This document shows, in pieces, positions 14,901-30,800 of a stretch of 64,000 nucleotides of DNA (within the stretch, counting starts at the first letter, position 1; every line of letters begins with the position of its first letter). The notes under the pieces were generated by a model. That model was not told where the DNA came from and did not search any database. It was given only the letters and a program-made list of their open reading frames with translations. This DNA is from the human T2T-CHM13v2.0 reference genome, Homo sapiens, in the NCBI RefSeq assembly GCF_009914755.1, contig NC_060937.1; one strand, written 5' to 3'. The position numbers were made by a program, and so were the translations under genes.

Positions 14901-16299
14901 TAATATACTGTACCTAAAATATGAAAGTACATCAAATATATATTTTATTCTGTACATAAAATATCAAAGTACACCAGATATATATTCTATAGTGTACATA
15001 AAATATCAAAGTACCCAAACTATACATTATATACTGTACATAAAATATGAAATTACATCAAATATATATTATATTAGGTACATAAAATATGAAAGTACAT
15101 CAAATATAGATTATACACACTACATAAAATATCAAAGTACCCCAAATATATATTATATACTCTACAGGAAATATCAAAGTTTGCAAACTATATATTATAT
15201 ACTGTACATAAAATAAAGTCCCCAAGGTATATATTCTATACTGTAGATAAAACACCAAAGTACCCAAAGCATGTATTATATACTGTATATAAAATATGGA
15301 AGTACATCAAATATATATTTTATTCTGTACATAAAATATCAAAGTACACCAGATATATATTCTATAGTGTACATAAAATAACAAAGTACAAAAACTATAA
15401 ATTATATACTGTACATAAAATATGAAATTACATCAAATATATATTAGGTACATAAAATATGAAAGTACATCAAATATAGATTATATACTGTACATAAAAT
15501 TTCAATGTACCCCAAATATATATTTTATACTCTACATGAAATATCAAAGTTCACAAACCATATATTATATACTGTACATAAAATATCAAAGTACCCAAGG
15601 AATGTATTCTATACTATACAAAAAATATCAAAGTACCCAAAGCATGTATTATATACTGTACCTAAAATATGACAGTACATCAAATATATATTTTATTCTG
15701 TACATAAAATATCAAAGTACACCAGATATATATTCTATAGTGTACATAAAATATCAAAGTACCCAAACTATACATTATATTCTGTACATAAAATATGAAA
15801 TTACATCAAATACATATTAGGTACGTAAAATATGAAAGTACATCAAATATAGATTATATACTGTACATAAAATATCAAAGTACCCCAAATATATATTATA
15901 TACTCTACATGAAATATCAAAGTACCCAAACTATACATTATATACTGTACATAAAATATGAAATTACATCAAATATATTTTATATTAGGTACATAAAATA
16001 TGAAAGTACATCAAATATAGATTATATACTGTACATTAAATACCAAAGTACCCCAATTATATATTTTATACTGTACATGAAATATCAAAGTTCACAAACT
16101 ATATATTATATACTGTACATAAAATATCAAAGTACCCAAGGTATATATTCTATACTGTACAAAAAATATCAAAGTATCCAAAGCATGTATTATATACTGT
16201 ACCTAAAATATGAAAGTACATGAAATATATATTTTATTCTGTACATAAAATATCAAAGTACACCAGATATATATTCTATAGTGTACATAAAATATCAAA

Positions 16300-17950
16300 G
16301 TACCCAAACTATAAATTATATACTGTACATAAAATATGAAATTACATCAAATATATATTATATTAGGTACATAAAATATGAAAGGACATCAAATATAGAT
16401 TATATACTGTACATAAAATATCAAAGTACCCCAAATATATATTATATACTCTACATGAAATATCAAAGTTCACAAGCTATATATTATATACTGTACATAA
16501 AATATCAAAGTACCCAAGGTATATATTCTATACTGCACAAAAAATATCAAAGTACCCAAAGCATGTATTATATACTGTACATAAAATATGAAAGTACATC
16601 GAATATATATTTTATTCTGTACATAAAATATCAAAGTACACCAGATATATATTCTATAGTGTACATAAAATATCAAAGTACCCAAACTATACATTATATT
16701 CTGTACATAAAATATGAAATTACATCAAATATATATTAGGTACATAAAATATGAAATTACATGAAATATAGATTATATACTGTGCATAAAATATCAAAGT
16801 ACCCCAAATATATATTATATACTCTACATGAAATATCAAAGTTCACAAACTATATATTATATACTGTACATAAAATATGAAATTACATCAAATATATTTT
16901 ATATTAGGTACATAAAATATGAAACTACATCAAATGTAGATTATATACTTTACATTAAATACCAAAGTACCCCAAATATATATTTTATACTGTACATGAA
17001 ATATTAAAGTTCACAAACTATATATTATATACTGTACATATAATATCAAAGTACCCAAGGTATATATTGTATACTGTACAAAAATAACAAAGTAGCAAAA
17101 GCATGTATTATATACTGTACCTAAAATATGAAAGTACATCAAATATATATTTTATTCTGTACATAAAATATCAAAGTACACCAGATATATATTCTATAGT
17201 GTACATAAAATATCAAACTACCCAAACTATACATTATATACTGTACATAAAATATGAAATTACATCAAATATATATTATATTAGGTACATACAATATGAA
17301 AGTACATCAAATATAGATTATATACTGTACATAAAATATGAAAGTACCCCAAATATATATTATATACTCTACATGAAATATCAAAGTTCACAAGCTATAT
17401 ATTATATACTGTACATAAAATATCAAAGTACCCAAGGTATATATTCTATACTGCACAAAAAATATCAAAGTACCCAAAGCATGTATTATATACTGTACAT
17501 AAAATATGAAAGTACATCGAATATATATTTCATTATGTACATAAAATATCAAAGTACACCAGATATATATTCTATAGTGTACATAAAATATCAAAGTACC
17601 CAAACTATACATTATATTCTGTACATAAAATATGAAATTACATCAAATATATATTAGGTGCATAAAATATGAAAGTACATCAAATATAGATTATATACTG
17701 TACATAAAATATCAAAGTACCCCAAATATATATTATGTACTCTACATGAAATATCAAAGTTCACAAACTATATATTATATACTGTACATAAAATATGAAA
17801 TTACATCAAATATATTTTATATTAGGTACATAAAATATGAAAGTACATCAAATATAGATTATATACTTTACATTAATTACAAAGTACCCCAAATATATAT
17901 TTTATACTGTACATGAAATATCAAAGTTCACAAACTATATATTATATACT
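16300..17950 (+). repeat. Local tandem duplication, period 918 bp
   Basis: Private variants CACAAGCTAT, ACTGCACAAA and CATCGAATAT each occur twice, 918 bp apart (minus-strand ORFs 16470/17388). 22x42-5-1=918. Confidence 0.8.
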
Positions 17951-20445
17951 GTACATATAATAGCAAAGTACCCAAGGTATATATTCTATACTGTACAAAA
18001 AACATCAAAGTACCCAAAGCATGCATTATATACTGTACATAAAATATGAAAGTACATCAAATATATATTTTATTCTGTACATAAAATATCAAAGTACACC
18101 AGATATATATTCTATAGTGTACATAAAATAACAAAGTACAAAAACTATACATTATATACTGTACATAAAATATGAAATTACATCAAATATATTTTATATT
18201 AGGTACATAAAATATGAAAGTACATCAAATATATATTTTATTCTGTACATAAAATATCAAAGTACACCAGATATATATTCTATAGTGTACATAAAATATC
18301 AAAGTACCCAAACTATACATTATATACTGTACATAAAATATGAAATTACATCAAATATATTTTATATTAGGTACATAAAATATGAAAGCACGTCAAATAT
18401 AGATTATATACTGTACATTAAATACCAAAGTACCCCAAATATATATTTTATACTGTACATCAAATATAAAAGTTCACAAACTATATATTATATACTGTAC
18501 ATAAAATATCAAAGTACCCAAGGTATATATTCTATACTGTACAAAAAATATCAAAGTACCCAAAGCATGTATTATATAGTGTACATAAAATATGAAAGTA
18601 CATCAAATATATATTTTATTCTGTACATAAAATATCAAAGTACACCAGATATATATTCTATAGTGTACATAAAATATCAAAGTACCCAAACTATACATTA
18701 TATACTGTACATAAAATATGAGATTACATCAAATACATATTATATTAGCTACATAAAATATGAAAGTACATCAGATATAGATTATATGCTGTACATAAAA
18801 TATCAAAGTACCCCAAATATATATTATATACTCTACATGAAATATCAAAGTTCACAAACTATATATTATATACTGTACATAAAATATTAAAGTACCCAAG
18901 GTATATATTCTATACTGTACAAAAAATAACAAAGTACCATAAGCATGTATAATATACTGTACATAAAATATGAAAGTACATCAAATATATATTTTATTCT
19001 GTACATAAAATATCAAAGTACACCAGATATATATTCTATAGTGTACATAAAATATCAAAGTACCCAAACTATACGTTATATACTGTAAATAAAATATGAA
19101 ATTACATCAAATATATTTTATATTAGGTACATAAAATATGAAAGTACATCAAATATATATTTTATACTGTACATAAAATATCAAAGTACACCAGATATAT
19201 ATTCTATAGTGTACATAAAATATCAAAGTACCCAAACTATACATTATATACTGTACATAAAATATGAAATTACATCAAATATATATTATATTAGGTACAT
19301 AAAATATGAAAGCACATCAAATATAGATTATATACTGTACATTAAATACCAAAGTACCCCAAATATATATTTTATACTGTACATCAAATATAAAAGTTCA
19401 CAAACTATATATTATATACTGTACATAAAATATCAAAGTACCCAAGATATATATTCTATACTGTACAAAAAATATCAAAGTACCCAAAGCATGTATTATA
19501 TACTGTACATAAAATATGAAAGTACATCAAATATATATTTTATTCTGTACATAAAATATCAAAGTCCACCAGATATATATTCTATAGTGTACATAAAATA
19601 TCAAAGTACCCAAACTATACATTATATACTGTACATAAAATATGAGATTACATCAAATATATATTATATTAGCTACATAAAATATGAAAGTACATCAGAT
19701 ATAGATTATATACCGTACATAAAATATCAAAGTACCCCAAATATATATTATATACTCTACATGAAATATCAAAGTTCACAAACTATATATTATATACTGT
19801 ACATAAAATATCAAAGTACCCAAGGTATATATTCTATACTGTACAAAAAATATCAAAGTACCCAAAGCATGTATTATATACTGTATACAAAATATGAAAA
19901 TACATTAAATATATATTTTATTCTGTACATAAAATATCAAAGTACACCAGATATGTATCCTATAGTGTACATAAAATAACAAAGTACACAAACTATAAAT
20001 TATATACTGTACGTAAAATATGAAATTACATCAAATATATATTAGGTACATAAAATATGAAAGTACATCAAATATAGATTATATACTGTACATATATCAA
20101 TGTACCCCAAATATATATTTTATACTCTACATGAAATATCAAAGTTCACAAACCATACATTATATACTGTACATAAAATATCAAAGTACCCAAGGTATAT
20201 ATTCTATACTGTACGAAAAATATCAAAGTACCCAAAGCATGTATTATATACTGTACCTAAAATATGAAAGTACATCAAATATATATTTTATTCTGTACAT
20301 AAAATATCAAAGTACACCAGATATATATTCTATATTGTACATAAAATATCAAAGTACCCAAACTATACATTATATACTGTACATAAAATATGAAATTATA
20401 TCAAATATATATTATATTAGGTACATAAAATATGAAAGTACATGA

Positions 20446-23400
20446 AATATAGATTATATACTGTACATAAAATGTCAAGGTACCCCAAATATATATTATA
20501 TACTCTACATGAAATATCAAAGTTCACAAACTATATATTATATACTGTACATAAAATATCAAAGTACCCAAGGTATATATTCTATACTGTACAAAAAATA
20601 ACAAAGTACCAAAAATCATGTATAATATACTGTACATAAAATATGAAAGTACATCAAATATATATTTTATTCTGTACAAAAAATATCAAAGTACACCAGA
20701 TATATATTCTATAGTGTACATAAAATATCAAATTACCCAAACTATACATTATATACTGTAAATAAAATATGAAATTACATCAAATATATTTTATATTAGG
20801 TACATAAAATATGAAAGTACATCAAATATATATTTTATTCTGTACATAAAATATCAAAGTACAACAGATATATATTCTATAGTGTACATAAAATATCAAA
20901 GTACCCAAACTATACATTATATACTGTACATAAAATATGAAATTACATCAAATATATATTAGGTACATAAAATATGAAAGTACATCAAATATAGATTATA
21001 TACTGTACATAAAATATCAAAGTACCCCAAATATATATTTTATACTGTACATGAAATATCAAAGTTCACAAACTATATATTATATACTGTACATAAAATA
21101 TCAAAGTACCCAAGGTATATATTCTATACTGTACAAAAAATATCAAAGTACCCAAAGCATGTATTATATACTGTACATAAAATATGAAATTACATCAAAT
21201 ATATATTTTATTCTGTACATAAAATATCAAGGTACACCAGATATATATTCTATAGTGTACATAAAATATCAAAGTACCCAAAGTATAAATTATATACTGT
21301 ACATAAAATATGAAATTACATCAAATATATATTAGGTACATAAAATATGAAAGTACATCAAATATAGATTATATACTTTACATTAAATACCAAAGTACCC
21401 CAAATATATATTTTATACTGTACATGAAATATGAAAGTTCACAAACTATATATTATATACTGTACATATAATATCAAAGTACCCAAGGTATATATTCTAT
21501 ACTGTACAAAAAACATCAAAGTACCCAAAGCATGCATTATATACTGTACATAAAATATGAAAGTACATCAAATATATATTTTATTCTGTACATAAAATAT
21601 CAAAGTACACCAGATATATATTCTATAGTGTACATAAAATAACAAAGTACAAAAACTATACATTATATACTGTACATAAAATATGAAATTACATCAAATA
21701 TATTTTATATTAGGTACATAAAATATGAAAGTACATCAAATATATATTTTATTCTGTACATAAAATATCAAAGTACACCAGATATATATTCTATAGTGTA
21801 CATAAAATATCAAAGTACCCAAACTATACATTATATACTGTACATAAAATATGAAATTACATCAAATATATTTTATATTAGGTACATAAAATATGAAAGC
21901 ACGTCAAATATAGATTATATACTGTACATAAAATATCAAGGTACCCCAAATATATATTATATACTCTACATGAAATATCAAAGTTCACAAACTATATATT
22001 ATATACTGTACATAAAATATCAAAGTACCCAAGGTATATATTCTATACTGTACAAAAAATAACAAAGTACCAAAAATCATGTATAATATACTGTACCTAA
22101 AATATGAAAGTACATCAAATATATATTTTATTCTGTACATAAAATATCAAAGTACACCAGATATATATTCTATAGTGTACATAAAATATCAAAGTACCCA
22201 AACTATACATTATATACTGTAAATAAAATATGAAATTACATCAAATATATTTTATATTAGGTACATAAAATATGAAAGTACATCAAATATATATTTTATT
22301 CTGTACATAAAATATCAAAGTACACCAGATATATATTCTATAGTGTACATAAAATATCAAAGTACCCAAACTATACATTATATACTGTACATAAAATATG
22401 AAATTACATCAAATATATATTAGGTACATAAAATATGAAAGTACATCAAATATAGATTATATACTGTACATAAAATATCAAAGTACCCCAAATATATATT
22501 TTATACTGTACATGAAATATCAAAGTTCACAAACTATATATTATATACTGTACATAAAATATCAAAGTACCCAAGGTATATACTCTATACTGTACAAAAA
22601 ATATCAAAGTACCCAAAGCATGTATTATATACTGTACATAAAATATGAAAGTACATCAAATATATATTTTATTCTGTACATAAAATATCAAGGTACACCA
22701 GATATATATTCTATAGTGTACATAAAATATCAAAGTACCCAAAGTATAAATTATATACTGTACATAAAATATGAAATTACATCAAATATATATTAGGTAC
22801 ATAAAATATGAAAGTACATCAAATATAGATTATATACTTTACATTAAATACCAAAGTACCCCAAATATATATTTTATACTGTACATGAAATATGAAAGTT
22901 CACAAACTATATATTATATACTGTACATATAATATCAAAGTACCCAAGGTATATATTCTATACTGTACAAAAAACATCAAAGTACCCAAAGCATGCATTA
23001 TATACTGTACATAAAATATGAAAGTACATCAAATATATATTTTATTCTGTACATAAAATATCAAAGTACACCAGATATATATTCTATAGTGTACATAAAA
23101 TAACAAAGTACAAAAACTATACATTATATACTGTACATAAAATATGAAATTACATCAAATATATTTTATATTAGGTACATAAAATATGAAAGTACATCAA
23201 ATATATATTTTATTCTGTACATAAAATATCAAAGTACACCAGATATATATTCTATAGTGTACATAAAATATCAAAGTACCCAAACTATACATTATATACT
23301 GTACATAAAATATGAAATTACATCAAATATATTTTATATTAGGTACATAAAATATGAAAGCACGTCAAATATAGATTATATACTGTACATAAAATATCAA

Positions 23401-24851
23401 GGTACCCCAAATATATATTATATACTCTACATGAAATATCAAAGTTCACAAACTATATATTATATACTGTACATAAAATATCAAAGTACCCAAGGTATAT
23501 ATTCTATACTGTACAAAAAATAACAAAGTACCAAAAATCATGTATAATATACTGTACCTAAAATATGAAAGTACATCAAATATATATTTTATTCTGTACA
23601 TAAAATATCAAAGTACACCAGATATATATTCTATAGTGTACATAAAATATCAAAGTACCCAAACTATACATTATATACTGTAAATAAAATATGAAATTAC
23701 ATCAAATATATTTTATATTAGGTACATAAAATATGAAAGTACATCAAATATATATTTTATTCTGTACATAAAATATCAAAGTACACCAGATATATATTCT
23801 ATAGTGTACATAAAATATCAAAGTACCCAAACTATACATTATATACTGTACATAAAATATGAAATTACATCAAATATATATTAGGTACATAAAATATGAA
23901 AGTACATCAAATATAGATTATATACTGTACATAAAATATCAAAGTACCCCAAATATATATTTTATACTGTACATGAAATATCAAAGTTCACAAACTATAT
24001 ATTATATACTGTACATAAAATATCAAAGTACCCAAGGTATATACTCTATACTGTACAAAAAATATCAAAGTACCCAAAGCATGTATTATATACTGTACAT
24101 AAAATATGAAAGTACATCAAATATATATTTTATTCTGTACATAAAATATCAAGGTACACCAGATATATATTCTATAGTGTACATAAAATATCAAAGTACC
24201 CAAAGTATAAATTATATACTGTACATAAAATATGAAATTACATCAAATATATATTAGGTACATAAAATATGAAAGTACATCAAATATAGATTATATACTT
24301 TACATTAAATACCAAAGTACCCCAAATATATATTTTATACTGTACATGAAATATCAAAGTTCACAAACTATATATTATATACTGTACATATAATATCAAA
24401 GTACCCAAGGTATATATTCTATACTGTACAAAAAACATCAAAGTACCCAAAGCATGCATTATATACTGTACATAAAATATGAAAGTACATCAAATATATA
24501 TTTTATTCTGTACATAAAATATCAAAGTACACCAGATATATATTCTATAGTGTACATAAAATAACAAAGTACAAAAACTATACATTATATACTGTACATA
24601 AAATATGAAATTACATCAAATATATTTTATATTAGGTACATAAAATATGATAGTACATCAAATATATATTTTATTCTGTACATAAAATATCAAAGTACAC
24701 CAGATATATATTCTATAGTGTACATAAAATATCAAAGTACCCAAACTATACATTATATACTGTACATAAAATATGAAATTACATCAAATATATTTTATAT
24801 TAGGTACATAAAATATGAAAGCACGTCAAATATAGATTATATACTGTACAT
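20446..24851 (+). repeat. Tandem macro-repeat, period 1461 bp, ~3 copies
   Basis: ORF offsets 20937/22398/23859 and 21796/23257/24718. Markers CAAGGTACACC and CCAAAGTATAAAT recur at this spacing. 35x42 - 2x5 + 1 = 1461. Confidence 0.92.
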
Positions 24852-27800
24852 TAAATACCAAAGTACCCCAAATATATATTTTATACTGTACATCAAATAT
24901 AAAAGTTCACAAACTATATATTATATACTGTACATAAAATATCAAAGTACCCAAGGTATATATTCTATACTGTACAAAAAATATCAAAGTACCCAAAGCA
25001 TGTATTATATAGTGTACATAAAATATGAAAGTACATCAAATATATATTTTATTCTGTACATAAAATATAAAAGTACACCACATATATATTCTATAGTGTA
25101 CATAAAATATCAAAGTACCCAAACTATACATTACATACTGTACATAAAATATGAAATTACATCAAATATATTTTATATTAGGTACATAAAATATGAAAGT
25201 ACATCAAATATAGATTATATACTGTACATTAAATACCAAAGTTCCCCAAATATATATTTTATACTGTACATGAAATATCAAAGTTCACAAACTATATATT
25301 ATATACTGTACATATAATATCAAAGAACCCAAGGTATATATTCTATACTGTACAAAAAATAACAAAGTACCAAAAGCATGTGTAATATACTGTACATAAA
25401 ATATGAAAGTACATCAAATATATATTTTATTCTGTACATAAAATATCAAAGTACACCAGATATATATTCTATAGTGTACATAAAATAACAAAGTACCCAA
25501 ACTATACATTATATACTCTAAATAAAATATGAAATTACATCAAATATATTTTATATTAGGTACATAAAATATGAAAGTACATCAAATATATATTTTATTC
25601 TGTACATAAAATATCAAAGTACACCAGATATATATTCTATAGTGTACATAAAATATCAAAGTACCCAAACTATACATTATATACTGTACATAAAATATGA
25701 AATTATATCAAATATATTTTATATTAGGTACATAAAATATGAAAGTACATCAAATATAGATTATATACTGTACATTATATACCAAAGTACCCCAAATATA
25801 TATTTTATACTGTACATGAAATATCAAAGTTCACAAACTATATATTATATACTGTACATATAATATCAAAGAACCCAAGGTATATATTCTATACTGTACA
25901 AAAAATAACAAAGTACCAAAAGCATGTATTATATACTGTACCTAAAATATGAAAGTACATCAAATATATATTTTATTCTGTACATAAAATATCAAAGTAC
26001 ACCAGATATATATTCTATAGTGTACATAAAATATCAAAGTACCCAAACTATACATTATATACTGTACATAAAATATGAAATAACATCAAATATATTTTAT
26101 ATTAGGTACATAAAATATGAAAGTACATGAAATATAGATTATATACTGTACATAAAATATCAAGGTACCCCAAATATATATTATATACTCTACATGAAAT
26201 ATCAAAGTTCACAAACTATATATTATATACTGTACATAAAATATCAAAGTACCCAAGGTATATATTCTATACTGTACAAAAAATAACAAAGTACCAAAAG
26301 CATGTATAATATACTGTACATAAAATATGAAAGTACATCAAATATATATTTTATTCTGTACATAAAATATCAAAGTACACCAGATATATACTCTATAGTG
26401 TACATAAAATATCAAAGTACCCAAACTATACATTATATACTGTAAATAAAATATGAAATTACATCAAATATATTTTATATTAGGTACATAAAATATGAAA
26501 GTACATCAAATATATATTTTATTCTGTACATAAAATATCAAAGTACACCAGATATATATTCTATAGTGTACATAAAATATCAAAGTACCCAAACTATACA
26601 TTATATACTGTACATAAAATATGAAATTACATCAAATATATTTTATATTAGGTACATAAAATATGAAAGTACATCAAATATAGATTATATACAGTACATT
26701 AAATACCAAAGTACCCCAAATATATATTTTATACTGTACATGAAATATCAAAGTTCACAAACTATATATTATATACTGTACATATAATATCAAAGTACCC
26801 AAGGTATATATTCTATACTGTACAAAAAATATCAAAGTACCCAAGCATGCATTATATACTGTATATAAAATATGAAAATACATTAAATATATATTTTATT
26901 CTGTACATAAAATATCAAAGTACACCAGATATATATTCTATAGTGTACATAAAATAACAAAGTACACAAACTATAAATTATATACTGTACGTAAAATATG
27001 AAATTACATCAAATATATATTAGGTACATAAAATATGAAAGTACATCAAATATAGATTATATACTGTACATATAATATCAATGTACCCCAAATATATATT
27101 TTATACTCTACATGAAATATCAAAGTTCACAAACCATATATTATATACTGTACATAAAATATCAAAGTACCCAAGGTATATATTCTATACTGTACAAAAA
27201 ATATCAAAGTACCCAAAGCATGTATTATATACTGTACATAAAATATGAAAGTACATCAAATATATATTTTATTCTGTACATAAAATATCAAAGTACACCA
27301 GATATATATTCTATAGTGTACATAAAATATCAAAATACCCAAACTATACATTATATACTGTACATAAAATATGAAATTACATCATATATATATTTTATTA
27401 GGTACATAAAATATGAAAGCACATCAAATATAGATTATATACTGTACATTAAATACCAAAGTACCCCAAATATATATTTTATACTGTACATCAAATATAA
27501 AAGTTCACAAACTATATATTATATACTGTACATAAAATATCAAAGTACCCAAGGTATATATTCTATACTGTACAAAAAATATCAAAGTACCCAAAGCATG
27601 TATTATATACTGTACATAAAATATGAAAGTACATCAAATATATATTTTATTCTGTACATAAAATATCAAAGTACACCAGATATATATTCTATAGTGTACA
27701 TAAAATATCAAAGTACCCAAACTATACATTATATACTGTACATAAAATATGAGATTACATCAAATATATATTATATTAGCTACATAAAATATGAAAGTAC

Positions 27801-30800
27801 ATCAGATATAGATTATATACTATACATAAAATATCAAAGTACCCCAAATATATATTATATACTCTACATGAAATATCAAAGTTCACAAACTATATATTAT
27901 ATACTGTACATAAAATATCAAAGTACCCAAGGTATATATTCTATACTGTACAAAAAATACCAAAGTACCCAAAGCATGTATTATATACTGTATACAAAAT
28001 ATGAAAATACATTAAATATATATTTTATTCTGTACATAAAATATCAAAGTACACCAGATATGTATTCTATAGTGTACATAAAATAACAAAGTACACAAAC
28101 TATAAATTATATACTGTACATAAAATATGAAATTACATCAAATATATTTTATATTAGGTACATAAAATATGATAGTACATCAAATATATATTTTATTCTG
28201 TACATAAAATATCAAAGTACACCAGATATATATTCTATAGTGTACATAAAATAACAAAGTACAAAAACTATACATTATATACTGTACATAAAATATGAAA
28301 TTACATCAAATATATTTTATATTAGGTACATAAAATATGAAAGTACATCAAATATATATTTTATTCTGTACATAAAATATCAAAGTACACCAGATATATA
28401 TTCTATAGTGTACATAAAATATCAAAGTACCCAAACTATACATTATATACTGTACATAAAATATGAAATTACATCAAATATATTTTATATTAGGTACATA
28501 AAATATGAAAGCACGTCAAATATAGATTATATACTGTACATAAAATATCAAGGTACCCCAAATATATATTATATACTCTACATGAAATATCAAAGTTCAC
28601 AAACTATATATTATATACTGTACATAAAATATCAAAGTACCCAAGGTATATATTCTATACTGTACAAAAAATAACAAAGTACCAAAAATCATGTATAATA
28701 TACTGTACCTAAAATATGAAAGTACATCAAATATATATTTTATTCTGTACATAAAATATCAAAGTACACCAGATATATATTCTATAGTGTACATAAAATA
28801 TCAAAGTACCCAAACTATACATTATATACTGTAAATAAAATATGAAATTACATCAAATATATTTTATATTAGGTACATAAAATATGAAAGTACATCAAAT
28901 ATATATTTTATTCTGTACATAAAATATCAAAGTACACCAGATATATATTCTATAGTGTACATAAAATATCAAAGTACCCAAACTATACATTATATACTGT
29001 ACATAAAATATGAAATTACATCAAATATATATTAGGTACATAAAATATGAAAGTACATCAAATATAGATTATATACTGTACATAAAATATCAAAGTACCC
29101 CAAATATATATTTTATACTGTACATGAAATATCAAAGTTCACAAACTATATATTATATACTGTACATAAAATATCAAAGTACCCAAGGTATATATTCTAT
29201 ACTGTACAAAAAATATCAAAGTACCCAAAGCATGTATTATATACTGTACATAAAATATGAAAGTACATCAAATATATATTTTATTCTGTACATAAAATAT
29301 CAAGGTACACCAGATATATATTCTATAGTGTACATAAAATATCAAAGTACCCAAAGTATAAATTATATACTGTACATAAAATATGAAATTACATCAAATA
29401 TATATTAGGTACATAAAATATGAAAGTACATCAAATATAGATTATATACTTTACATTAAATACCAAAGTACCCCAAATATATATTTTATACTGTACATGA
29501 AATATCAAAGTTCACAAACTATATATTATATACTGTACATATAATATCAAAGTACCCAAGGTATATATTCTATACTGTACAAAAAACATCAAAGTACCCA
29601 AAGCATGCATTATATACTGTACATAAAATATGAAAGTACATCAAATATATATTTTATTCTGTACATAAAATATCAAAGTACACCAGATATATATTCTATA
29701 GTGTACATAAAATAACAAAGTACAAAAACTATACATTATATACTGTACATAAAATATGAAATTACATCAAATATATTTTATATTAGGTACATAAAATATG
29801 ATAGTACATCAAATATATATTTTATTCTGTACATAAAATATCAAAGTACACCAGATATATATTCTATAGTGTACATAAAATATCAAAGTACCCAAACTAT
29901 ACATTATATACTGTACATAAAATATGAAATTACATCAAATATATTTTATATTAGGTACATAAAATATGAAAGCACGTCAAATATAGATTATATACTGTAC
30001 ATTAAATACCAAAGTACCCCAAATATATATTTTATACTGTACATCAAATATAAAAGTTCACAAACTATATATTATATACTGTACATAAAATATCAAAGTA
30101 CCCAAGGTATATATTCTATACTGTACAAAAAATATCAAAGTACCCAAAGCATGTATTATATAGTGTACATAAAATATGAAAGTACATCAAATATATATTT
30201 TATTCTGTACATAAAATATAAAAGTACACCACATATATATTCTATAGTGTACATAAAATATCAAAGTACCCAAACTATACATTACATACTGTACATAAAA
30301 TATGAAATTACATCAAATATATTTTATATTAGGTACATAAAATATGAAAGTACATCAAATATAGATTATATACTGTACATTAAATACCAAAGTTCCCCAA
30401 ATATATATTTTATACTGTACATGAAATATCAAAGTTCACAAACTATATATTATATACTGTACATATAATATCAAAGAACCCAAGGTATATATTCTATACT
30501 GTACAAAAAATAACAAAGTACCAAAAGCATGTGTAATATACTGTACATAAAATATGAAAGTACATCAAATATATATTTTATTCTGTACATAAAATATCAA
30601 AGTACACCAGATATATATTCTATAGTGTACATAAAATAACAAAGTACCCAAACTATACATTATATACTCTAAATAAAATATGAAATTACATCAAATATAT
30701 TTTATATTAGGTACATAAAATATGAAAGTACATCAAATATATATTTTATTCTGTACATAAAATATCAAAGTACACCAGATATATATTCTATAGTGTACAT

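Noticed and set aside
7693-17612. Three 74-aa minus-strand ORFs (7693, 16470, 17388)
   Set aside because: Each arises from a single substitution that removes a stop in the reverse frame of the same satellite. They are neither inversions nor genes.
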